Source: Lophium mytilinum (Eukaryota). Taken from it: a stretch of DNA of 64,000 nucleotides. Each line of letters opens with the position of its first letter. Within the stretch, counting starts at the first letter, position 1. Under the pieces are notes generated by a model, which worked only from the letters and a program-made list of their open reading frames with translations, did no database searches and was not told the DNA's origin. Where the stretch lies: positions 568,801-632,800 of the forward strand of contig MU004184.1 of NCBI GenBank assembly GCA_010093605.1, in the 5' to 3' direction. Positions 10,889 to 22,503 of this stretch are shown here, one piece after another. A program made the translations under genes and the position numbers.

Positions 10889-12161
10889 ATGATAATACAG
10901 CCTACCCTCCGCCTGCCCCGGCACCTGTTCCGATCCGCAGATCGTGCTGCAGTACGTCTCCCGCCCAATGCAATGCGGCCGCTGTGGTGGCCGCCCTCTG
11001 GAGCCCGACTGACGCGGCTACGTTTTAGAGATGCTTCTCGCAGAGCGCCCCGGCGCGGGCCCACAAGATGCCTGAGTTGAACCATGACAAGGACATGCGA
11101 CGAGATGGCATCAGGGGGCTCTACTCGCCCGATGGCATTGCAATTGCCTGGGTCGAGTACCATGGCATGCTGCTGAACAAGCTCAACTTCATGACCGCCG
11201 GTACGCCTCCGCACTCCCGAGCCCGCACCACCCATTACGACCTGCAATGTTTGCCAATTAGAGAGGGCATGTGCTGATATCTGGATACAGGGGGCGAAGA
11301 GGAGAACTGGGAGCCCAAGAAGCTGCTGATACACTACGCCCGCGATCCCACCAACGCCGCCATATTCAACCTCGCCTCCATGGCCTGGAACAACCACTTT
11401 TTCTTCAAGGGAATAGTACGCCTACCCTTCCTTCTACTCACCCCCTCTCCGAATCCTACACATCCACAATTACCAGACTTCGCTGACCGCCCCAGTTCCG
11501 CGCCCCCTCCCCCAAGAAGAAGGATGACCCCCCTCCCACCCCCCCTCCCATGCCCACCACCCTCGCTACCACCCTCGCCAGCGAATTCGGCTCCATCCAA
11601 ACCCTCCGCGACGAGTTCCTCGCCACCGCAAACTCCATGTTCGGGCCGGGCTTTGTCTGGCTCGTCAAGACGAAGACAGGCTACAACTCCAGCTTCCGCA
11701 TCCTGCCCACCTACATGGCCGGCTCGCCGCTGGCCGGCGCCCACTACCGGCGCCAGCCCGTGGACATGAACACGCAGAACGGCGACTCGGCCGCCAGCCT
11801 GGGCCTCAGCCGCGCCGAGCTGGGCAAGATGGGCGTGCCGACAAACTCGGTCGGCGCCTTTGGCGCGCAGAGCGCCAGCTACGCCAAGCAGCCGAAGCTC
11901 GCGTACGGCGGGGTGGATGTGACGCCTCTGCTATGCGTCAGCACGTGGGAGCACTCGTGGCTGCGCGACTGGCGCGTCGGCGGCGTAGTCGATCCTAATG
12001 ATCCTGATGGAGTTGTTGGACCCACGGGCAAGGAGAACTTTTTGGCTGCGTGGTGGGATCGGATTGACTGGAAGGTGGTGTATGATCTTATGCAAGACAG
12101 CGCGACGTCGAGGCAGGGCTCAACGAACAACGACCGCGCCTTTGCCTTCAACAGGTCGTGA
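10889..12161 (+). CDS. Mitochondrial small-subunit ribosomal protein with Fe/Mn-SOD fold (Rsm26/Mrp1-like)
   Basis: 4 exons; Arg-rich presequence; FNLASMAWNNHFFF, FGSIQTLRDEFLATANSMFGPGFVWLV, PLLCVSTWEHSWLRDW, WWDRIDW. The SOD ligand motif DxWEHAY appears as STWEHSW. Confidence 0.85.
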
Positions 12162-12861
12162 GAGACGAAAACCTGGCGAGGGTGGAGGTGGGTCTGTGAA
12201 GAGGAGATCTCGTGTACAATACCGGAATCTTTGGAGGCAGGCGAAAACAAGACTTGGAGCGGGCGTGAGGGCTGCATATGCATGGAGCTGTTGTACTGAT
12301 ACAGTAGAGATTCTCGCTGTTGTATTCATAGATGCCCTGTACAAAATCAAGATCTTTCGTTGCACACACCACGATCACAGCTCCGAAGAACCATTTAAAC
12401 CCACTCAAATAACTCCATTCAGACGCCACCGCTAAACCCAGCCGCAGCAGCACGTTCGATCCATGCATACTACGTACCATTCAGTCCGAATCCATGCTAT
12501 GCCCTCCATCCCATCGCAACCCGGCTTTGCAGACTCCACCGGCTCTACGCCATCGCTTCCGAAAACGCCATGCCAATGCAGTGTCTCTCGCCCCAACTAA
12601 AATCATAGGTGCTCGCTAATGCCAATGCCCAAAATCCCCCATATCCAGAAACTGAAATCGAAAAAATAGCCAGAACCCCTCGTTCATTCATGAAAGCTCA
12701 AACGCAAAGGCAACTCGCCTTCTATCACTCCCAACTTCTCCCGCCCGGTTTTTCCGCTGAACAGCACGCAGAACGAGCGTCGTCTTTGGGATCTGAGCAA
12801 AAGAGAACCATATCAGCAAGGCTGGTGGGAAAAGGGGTTTCCAAGGCCTAGCCAGTCCTGT

Positions 12862-15800
12862 CTAGTACGCTCTCCGATCACCAGCACCCACAACCTGCAT
12901 CGGACTCACCCCTCTCGTCCCAACACCTCCCACGCCAGCTCCCCCGCCTCCGACACCCACACCAGCCGCGATGGGGTTTTCGTAGCCCGCTAGTCCTGCG
13001 CTCCCTCTACGTGCAAATGCCCCATACGCATTCGGTGGTGGGGCGAAAGCGCTCTGCGGCGGAGCAAAAGCCCCTGGCGGAGCGCCTATATTGCGATTGC
13101 TCCTCCTTCGACCAAGCGTCGGTTGCTGCGGCGACGAGGCAGGCTGGTGCGTAGGATTGCTGCGGACAGACGTGATGGATTCGTTGGAGTTGGAGCGGGA
13201 ATGCATCGGGGCGGGGAGAGCAGAGGAAGGCGCTGTTTCGGCTGGGGCAGAGTTGGTGTCGCGGGTTGGTAGACTCTGACTTGGGCGGCGGGCACCGGCC
13301 GTAAAGGGGTTGCGGGTTTGCGTTTGAGCTGTGCCAGGCTGATAAGTCCCTAATTCGCGAGCCCGGTTGTTGACCAGCTCGCGCGCGAGGCTGAGGCGCT
13401 CGTCCTCGGTAAGACGGGGTCGAACTGCAGGAGTAGGAGCGATGCCTGGTGACGGTGGTTGGCTTGGAGGTCGCGCTAAATCGCTGGCGCGGAGGGTTCG
13501 TGTCGATGCTTGGTTGTTGAGGCGGCGACTGGAGGCCTGTGGACGCAAATTCTGCCGAGACTCTCGGGGCCGCATCGTCTGCGGTGAGTTGCCACCATCG
13601 TGGATGTTGACCCTAGAGGCTTGTTCTCGGAGACCCCTACGGGAATTGCTTGCCCTGAGCGTTGCTACGGATGATTGATCTCTCAGAGCAGTCCTTGAAG
13701 GGCGGTTTCTAACGACGCCTTGTGGGCCGCTGTTGACGTATGTAGCCCATGGATTTCGAAGAGGCTGTGTTGGGTTGCCAAACATACGTGCGCCAAAGTT
13801 CAATCCGACGCCTGGTGTAGAGAGGCCTGGGAATGATGGCGACAATCCTGCAGATCCCCGTCCTGCGCCGAACGTTGGTCGTGAACTAACACGACTCGGC
13901 GGGCGATCGATCATGTCGACTGAAGCTGCTGTCGCGGCTTGAGAGATAGAGTTGACAGATGACTGAGAGGCAGAGCGGACTGAGCTCGCAGGTGTAAGCT
14001 GGCCAGACGAGCTTCCGGTGGAGGCAATGGAGGTTGCACGTTCTACAGGAATGCTACTATTCCTTCCCACAACTTCGGATGCCGAGGACAGATTCGGAGT
14101 GAAGCCTGACCTAGATGCTTGAGATGGTGAGCCGCGTACGGCTACACCGCCATTCAAGGAATTATCCATGGACGGCGTACGCAATCGTGCAGGTGCAGCA
14201 CGAGGTATCGAAAAAGGAGAGAACGGTGGTGCAGGACTTGCTTGGGCACTGTTACGATTCCTATTTGCAGTCCTCGGTCGAGCGATTGGAGTCGTCGAAC
14301 GAAGCTGCTCCAAGTAATCATAGGGTGCCCCGACTCTCTCTGTTTCGCGGAGATCGGCCAAGTGCGAAGCAAACATCCAGCTGATTCTCGGGTCGTATTC
14401 CTGCTGACGAGCTCGAGCAGTTCCACGACGTCGCTGTGCTTGCTGCGAGGTGTCAGAGTTGTCGTCGGTGTCAAGCTCAATGGCATCGGTTTGAGAGGTT
14501 CCGCGATTAGCAAACCGGCTTGTAGAATTATTAGAGAGAGAACCTGTTCGCATTTGTACCCGAGATTGGCGAGGCCGTAGGGTATTCGAGCTCATAGTAA
14601 TGTCCCCATCGCGGTCCATGTCAGAGTCGTCGTCGTCTGCTTCACCATCTTCATATGTAACCGTCGCATTAGATAGAACAGAGGATCTTCGTCGAAGGCC
14701 GCGCGACCCATCTAAGAGCCGGTTGTTGCCTGTGCGGGAGGGCGGGCGGATTGGGGCGTTAGGCCGGGGTCGATCTGCAGTAGGCGTTAGAGAACCACCG
14801 ATTCGAGCTCTATCATTGGAAATCGCAGTCGGCTCCCACCCAACAGTCGTCCTTCCCCCATCGCTATCATCATCATCTTCCATCTCCTCATCCGGCCCGT
14901 CGTGTGCAAGAGGTGACCATCCGGCCGCTTGAAGCAAGGCCTGTGTATCCTCGTCCAGCTCATGGTGAGCAGATGCCTCGGTAGAAGTTGACGAAGGCGC
15001 TTGTCTTGTGCCGTTTGCTCGGTTCAATACGCGCGCTTGTTGACGACGTCGGCCAGCTGGGATTATTGGACCCTCGTCCTCATCGTCCTCTTCTGTAGAC
15101 TGTGACATGTCTGAAGATGCCTCGGACTCAAGAATCCGGCGATTTCGTTGCTGTCGATTTGGAGGTGGTTGAGGCTGTGGAGTTTGCGAGGCTGTGGAAG
15201 CAGTGCCAAGGGAACCGCCTTCATCATCTTCGATAAAGTCGTTCATGGAGGAGTCCTCGTCGTAGTCTTCCTCATCCTCTTCCTCCACCGTGTCCATCTC
15301 CTCGGTCAGCATGTCGGAAACTATGCTCGCGCTATACGACGGACGTCTGCTGCCGGCCTCACTATGGGTCAAGCGGCGTTGCGGCATGCGCCTTGGAATA
15401 CCTCCCGCAGCTAGGAATCGCTGCATCATGAACGATTGGTCGTCGTCGGGGTAGCCCTGTCCCCATGCCCCCAATTCCTCGTCGTAAGGGTCCCATACAT
15501 TGCCTTCGTCGTCCATTTCGAGTTCTGCATCGAGGTCTTCTCCGGACATGTCGTGTTCAGACAGCTCATCCATGTCGCTGAAGCCTCCAAAGCTGTCACC
15601 CCAGGTAATTTCCCCGTTGTCGTCGAACATGGCGCCACATCCAGCACATTCTCCCCCTTCAAGCTCCCATGCGCACCTAGGACACCTCTCGATCCCATCT
15701 TCTTCGTCTCGGATTATTCGGAGGCGGTCGCTTGGGCGTTGCTTGAAGCATCCCTTGAAGAGTCCGCCAGTTCTGGAATCGGTGTTGACCTTGTCCCGTT

Positions 15801-16408
15801 GCACGATGTCTGCTTCTTCCTTCTGCCACTGTTTGTGCTGCTCCAAAGTCTCGCCGGCAGGCAGTAGTTCGGCTCGGTTGATAAAGATGTGGGTCATGTC
15901 TCGAAGCTAGATTGTGCGAGTTAGAAGAATACTTGATTCTAGGCCTGGCTTGCTTACAACATATGCTGGCGCTGGTGCCTGAGTGACGACGGTTCGGCAG
16001 TCGGGACATGTTTTTTTAACCTTGTTACTGACGAACCAAGTACAAAGACACTACGGATAATCAGTATGGTGTCAGAGTCAAGTAGTATGTGGGAACTGAC
16101 GCTGTAGCAATATGTATGCCCGCAAGAGATAATGTAGGGCTCGTAGAATAGCCGATCACATATTTTGCAGGTGACGTGTGTGCGAAGACTGTCGAAGTCG
16201 GACTTATAGCTGTTCAGCTGCTGTTCCCAGAGTTAGCTCGCCGTCCACGCCAATATGAGGGGCACCCGTCTCATCACGCCTCACTAACCTCTTCAGTCTT
16301 GCTCGGTGTTGGGGCTTCCTCTGGCTTCTTCTTAGGTGGTGCTTTTAGGCCGATTCCTGGGGTGTTCTGAGCCGAACTCAGCCTCCGAGGTTTCGTGTTG
16401 GAGGCCAT
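12862..16408 (-). CDS. RING-finger E3 ubiquitin ligase, Psh1-like, with long disordered C-terminus
   Basis: ATG at 16408. Spliced RING: CKICDRLFYEPYIISCGHTYCYSCLCTWF...KTCPDC. Second Cys motif CPRCAWELEGGECAGC, then acidic and Ser/Arg-rich low-complexity sequence. Confidence 0.85.
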
Positions 16409-17538
16409 GGTTTGTTGGTGGTGCTGTGAGGCGCTCGGCTGCGCGGAGGAGGATGGACTGAGGCCCGAATCTGGTTCGGGGCACGTTGCCCAGATGCGGA
16501 GATTGTGGGAGGATTGATACTGTGAGATGTCGTCCGCAACCCCCAGGGTTGGGAGATAGAGCTCTGGGCAAGGTCGTGGGTATTGAAGAGGTTAATCGGC
16601 GGAGGTGTCGTTTAACGATGCCCAGTCTCATCACGTGAGCGACTAGCGTGGTGAGGCCACTTCTGCCCAGGCTCACGAAACTACCCAGGGCTTCTCCGCA
16701 ACCTCAATCACGACCTTCCATGCGGCCTGCGAACTGCTTGCTGAAACGCCGCTTGACAATAATCTCCGTCAGTCCATGGATGGAGGGCCAAGCACCAGCC
16801 AGCCCTACGCGCCTAGGGCAAACTTCTTCATAGCCGCCGAGCGTCGACTATTCTATTCTAATGGATGGACGGCCCGTTACCGCTTCGTCGAGCCGCTGCA
16901 CAGCACGGCCCGCCGCCACTAGACTTCGTCCTGGCATTTCCCTGGCAATGCTCTCCTCGTAGCGAGATAAGACGCTTCTCGATGAGGGATCCGGTGACAC
17001 GCTCGATACCGCAGTGCCCCCGCATGGCTCAAAGATAGCAACCACGGCATTCCCGAAAGCGGCCGCTGCTGATCCGACCCAACGGGATCGTTTACGGGCA
17101 CTCCGAAGATATCAGTGTCACAGGCCAATGTCTATATATCTCTCAGCTTCGGCCGCTTCGCCTTGATCTGCGAACGCCTTTGACCAAGACGTATCTCATC
17201 CAAACGATTCCTTATCTCGCTGACTCAGTGTACAAGTCTCAATAAAACACGAAGCTTCCAACAAATCATCACGTCCAAATCGCTAGCAAGTGCACGTGTT
17301 TGTGATGACATCTATTCGTAAAATCGACCGTCAACACCAATAGCACCTAAGCACCACCTGGGCACTGTCCCCAAAAGCGTCTTTCGATAACCGCTAGAGA
17401 ACCCAAGGAGTCTCTCCACCGTCGATCGCCAATCGCAAGCAAAAATCATGATCAATTTGAGAACATCGCAGTACCGATTGTCCAAGCACCATATCTCCAC
17501 AGCAACATCATACAAGAGCGAAACCACCATTCTTACCA

Positions 17539-18793
17539 TTACTCAGCACGAGCACGCTTTGTCGGCCGCTCGTCCGTCTCCTCGACTGGCTCGTCAGGGA
17601 TCTCGTCAATGTACCCGGTCATGACCTTGTCCTCTTCGACGATTTCTCCGTTTGTGTGCTCCAAGAAAGCCAACTGCTCCGTCATCCATTTCTTCAGAGC
17701 GACAGTATCGATCTTCTTGCCGGCGCGACGGCGTTCGCGAAGCTCTTTAAGGCGCACACGGGTTCGCTCCTCAAGATTTTCAAGACGATACTCTGCGAAG
17801 TCGTAGTAGAGCCTCGAGAGATCGGATATGGGACGAACTGTCCTGAGCTCCGTATCGTCACGAAGGAGCGCAGACTTAGGCCGGAAAGATGTGACCGAAG
17901 TGATGCGTTCCTTAGCACCTAACGCACGAAGAGCTTGGTGGGTGATGTATCGACCCTGTAGGACCACCGCGCAACCCTTGATATTATCTTAGCTGGGATT
18001 CACTCAAGCCGGAGATGACGACACTTACCATCTGCGGTCCGCGGACCTTGATGATACCCCCAGTACCAGTTCGCAGTGCAGTCTCTCCACCGACCATGTT
18101 GGTGCAATCACTCAACATCAGCACGCAAACGAAAGGGTAGCTATCGTTGTGCCATCCGACCACCGGCTTGTCATCCTCCCAAGGGCAGCCAGCGATGCCT
18201 TCGTCGTCTGCAAAGAACTCCTTCTGCTTGTTGATCATGCCGATCTCAGCATTTGTCTCTTCGTCACTCTTCACTGAGAAGTTGATGTGGCCGATCTCGT
18301 AGTCGAATTGAGGGACGAGGTCAACACCAGCAATCTTCGAAATGATTGAAAGAGTGTCTGGGTTGCTCCAGGCGTCGTAGGTAAAGGGAGCATATCTTCG
18401 ATATGTTAGCTGAGAGTACTATCACATTCGAGCTGACTTCAGAGTAGATACTTACTTAGGTGCGTAGCCCCTGAGCTGCGATGCAGCAATGTTGCTACGG
18501 TACGTACACTTGTCCAGGACCTCCGGCTTCATGATCTCCGAACGCATCCGACGGATAGCCTCTTTTGAGAAGAGAGGGAATGGCTGAGAGACAGCGACGG
18601 GAGAAACACCGCAATCATCAGCATAGCCAAGGTCCTTCATCATCACCACCTCGCTGGGAGGGGAGAAGTTGAGATGCTTCTTGGAATCGAACTCCCCGGA
18701 TCCTGCTGTTTGTGGCGTCGCCACATTTTCGATGATGGGCCTGAACTTGGGGATAGGGACAGCAGCCATGCTCTGTGTGGCGACGGCAGCCAT
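17539..18793 (-). CDS. Uncharacterised fungal Fe(II)/2-oxoglutarate dioxygenase-like protein
   Basis: 3 exons from MAAVATQS; HxD motif in VGWHNDSYPFVCVLML, GGET, distal His and Arg in GRYITHQAL..ERITSVTSFRP. Confidence 0.75.
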
Positions 18794-21222
18794 ATTGGAG
18801 TGCTTGCGTTCCTTGCGGTTCTGTGGAAGAGGTCCGTTAGGACGACGAACGAAACATTGACCAATAATGTAAAGCCCTGCGAAGGCGAGTGGTAACTCTA
18901 CAGAGAAAAGAAAGAGAAGGGCTACAGTTGCAGAAAGATGGTGGATTGCAGAGTTGAGTGGATGTATGTGTGTTTTGGTGGTGATGTGTGGGGGGTAGGG
19001 GAAAGGATGATGGGAAGACTCGGGGTTCAACGGTACAGGAAGAGATATTTCTAGGGCAGGAGATGCCAGGAGCAGATGAACTGGTCGTTGAACTCGCTCT
19101 GATCCGCACCGGGCTGTTTCAAAGACTCAACGCAAGAGGCGTCGAATGCAAAGCAACACGGCGGAGACCGAGTAAGGGGCAGATGATGGTTCAACGGGGA
19201 GGTAGGACTTGGGGGGAGCAGTTCGCCACGCGGAGACGATGGAAGCACCAACTTCAGCGTACCTTTTAGGAGGTTGACGTTACAGTGGGATGAAGAGTTC
19301 CGACAGCAGGTGTGCTGTATATGATATGGAGATTACAATGGGTGGGGCAATGAGGTAAGTCAACCAGGAGAGATGGAAGCGTCAAATGCTAACTCAATCG
19401 TCCAAGGTTCTGTTGTAGTCACAACTAGATATAATGGTGGCGAGGAGGCGACGGACGGTCATCCTTTATAGTGTCGCTCCTACCGCTCTCCTATCTTCGG
19501 ATTGCATGGCAGCGCAGCATCACGGGCTACTCTGCATGCTGGGACGGATTTAGTCGGCTGAGCAGGCGCTTTCCCAGGTGAGCGTCAGTTCCAAATTGAC
19601 AGCGCAATCCTCGCTCAAGCCCCTCCACACCTCAATCAAATTCTCTGACTGGCTGACATAGTGACCTTGCGGTGGAGAAAATGCTTCGAGGCCGTCTTCT
19701 CCACCGTAGTCGGGGCACGCGGCCTTATCTTATCGTCCACCACCCGAATCCTCGCAGCCGCCCGGGGATCGACCAGTCAACGCCATGAGGCATCACGATC
19801 GCAATCGCCCATCCTAAGGATTCATGGAAGGTCGCAGCGAGTTGTCCGAACAGCAATGTGAAGCTCTGCGAAGCCTCTACTGTCTACGGAAAGTATTTCT
19901 CCTCCAGGAAGCCGGCGTGCCCTTTCCGCCGCATCATTCGAGTCCAGACGTTCGCGGTTTGTCAGACCTGAAACTATCGTCAGGACGTACAGGAGATGAT
20001 CCCAACACGCTGCCGCAAATGTGGAGGCGATGGAACCATGGCGGTATGCTGTCTCCATGACCAGGCTCGCGTTGACGTCGGGAGGAGCAATAGCGCATTC
20101 ACAGCCGAAGGAGCAGTGGGCATTGGCTCTGGGAGCACACGATAAAGACACGTACATCAAAAGTGGAGGCGGCGAAGGCGAGGTGTGGAGGACTAGAGTT
20201 GCGATGACATGAATGTATCATGGCGGAGAGATGAAGGCTCAAAAGCGCCCGGGGATGGGAGGACTTGTTGCCTGAAAACGGGGAAGCGCAAGCCCCAAGA
20301 ACGATCAGCTCGGATGGCTGACAACGACCATCGCGACTATCAGCCACAGCGATAGTGACTGATGTGCCGCTAGCCGGGGCTCCAGAGATATCCAGCCTCC
20401 TCCGGGCTCGCCTCTGCGCTTGCACATGCGCCGCCAAGCAGAAGAGTGGTGCTACAGCGCTGCACAGGCTGTTGAAGCGTCAAGGTCCGCTGCACTGTGC
20501 CATCGAGATGAGCATGCAGCGTCCCCAGCGGCGAATGGGCTAGTTCCCGCTTGCCACGCCAGCTTGCAATTGGCACAGCAGCCCCCGACCGCTGCAGCAT
20601 CTCCAGCAACGAGAATAGTCATGGGCCCAGGGCTTTCGGGGTTGGTAAGGCATCACTGCAGCATCCTGGGGAAGTGCAAACGAATGGTCGCCCGAGTGGT
20701 GCTCCCTGGTGCTCCCTGGTGCCTCTTATGCTGGCCGACCAAGGCGCACCGACGGGACGAGACCAGCGGGGAAGAGCAGCATCATATGAACGGAGCAGGT
20801 AGATAACCGTTGCAAAGCGCGTGCCTCATCCGATAACGGCGCGCAATCTTGCTGCCATTACCTCATTCCCATTATTGAGATGCTTCGTGCTGCTTGCTCG
20901 AGCGCGCTGCTTTTCTGGCTTGCTGCCTGCTGCCAGGTACACAGCGTGCAGCGTTACACAGCAAACGGCCGCATCTGCCACATCCCAATGCGAGTCTACT
21001 CTGCTGAGGTCCCAAGCGATCCCAGAGGCCAGTGGATCTGCGCTTAGGGCAGCCCGCTGAGTGGTGGGGAGAATCTGGCCACGCCCTGCCACGCGAGAGG
21101 CGGCCTACTATCGATAACGACTAGCGCGACGGCGCAACCTAAAGCTTGGAAGAAGCTACCGACGCAGCGACGGCAGCTACGGAGCCAGACCGTGCTGCTC
21201 TCCCAAACCAACGACGCGCATC

Positions 21223-21753
21223 ATGGCATCGCAAGACGGCCCTGAGACACCCTGGACCGAGGCCGCTGCCGCCAAATATGAAAAGTACGCCCTCGCGACA
21301 CCGCCGGCAATTGGATCCGGCACCAACTTGACTGACCGGTCCGCAGCAAACCCTTCAGCCAGTACTTCGACCCATGCGAGGAAGCGGCGCAGCGGAGTCT
21401 GAGGTGTCTCTACCGCAACGAAGGAGACAGGGAGATGTGCACAGATTTCTTCCAGTACGGACGTGCCAAATTCGTTAGTGGAGGCGGATAATTCACCGCT
21501 ATCCGGACCAGGATAGCCTTGAGTTCCCCTCTCGCCCATGCTTGTTCGGATGCTAATCGCCCATGCTTGTTCGGATGCTAATCTTCTTCTCTGCTCTAGG
21601 GCATATCGGGACTGCAAAAAGCAATGGGTATGTTCCTCCCGTGGCATTGGACCTTCCTTCCTTCCTTCGCCGAACAAGCATGTGGGCTGGTGTTGACCAA
21701 CCCAGATGAAAGACAAAGCTGCAGCAAGGAAGAGAGACGGAAAATGGTTTTGA
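21223..21753 (+). CDS. COX23: Twin CX9C mitochondrial cytochrome c oxidase assembly factor
   Basis: Spliced: MASQDGPETPW...[57 protein letters not shown]. Confidence 0.85.
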
Positions 21754-22503
21754 GGTCATTGGGCTAGGATTCTAGGAGCGTATTGTGCAACTATAACGGG
21801 CATGGATGGCTATCTTTGCACAGCTGTATCAGTAGTGATGTATGACTGTAATGGGAATGCGCTCAGATCATGCGCTCTTTGCTGCAAAATCGAGGACGCT
21901 GGGAAACAGCTGCACTGCAGCTGGAGTCTGTTGGACACACAGCGCCTAGCTTGAGCCTGTCAGCCCTACGCCAACGAGCTCGTGCTTGATGCGGGGAAAA
22001 TCCAAGACGTTCAAGATTTGACGCTGTCTCGGAAATCTTCAACGACGTGTCACATTTGCACCCCCTCGCCATTGGCAGGGTATGACGATAGAAGCTCGAT
22101 TCGTTTCGTTCGGAAATGACACACTCGATCCTATACTACGAATCTCTATGACGCATGAACATATTGCTTAGGTCTAGTTGATGGATTGAAGTAGTGAAGG
22201 TGGATAAAAGATGTTCCGATCCCGCCCACGACAGATGTCGTTTTGATACTCTCTCTACCAAGCTTAGGTAATTGACGTGAAAGCAATAATCTGCTGCTCC
22301 CTGGAAGCAACCTTTCGACTGATAACGTCCTGCCTAACGTGGTCCTCACTTGTCGTTGATGAAAAGGAAGGTCGAGCCGAGGCACCTCGACGCCACGTCC
22401 TCCCACCAAAAAATCCTCGAAAGTCCGCAGGATAACATGGCAGCCAACCGCTGACTAACACTCCCTCTATTGAATCGATCAGCTTTTTACGCTCCTTTCA
22501 AGC

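Noticed and set aside
10889..12161. Active Mn/Fe superoxide dismutase
   Set aside because: The metal-ligand motif is altered (STWEHSW) and the N-terminal His ligand motif is not evident; it fits the known SOD-fold mitoribosomal proteins.
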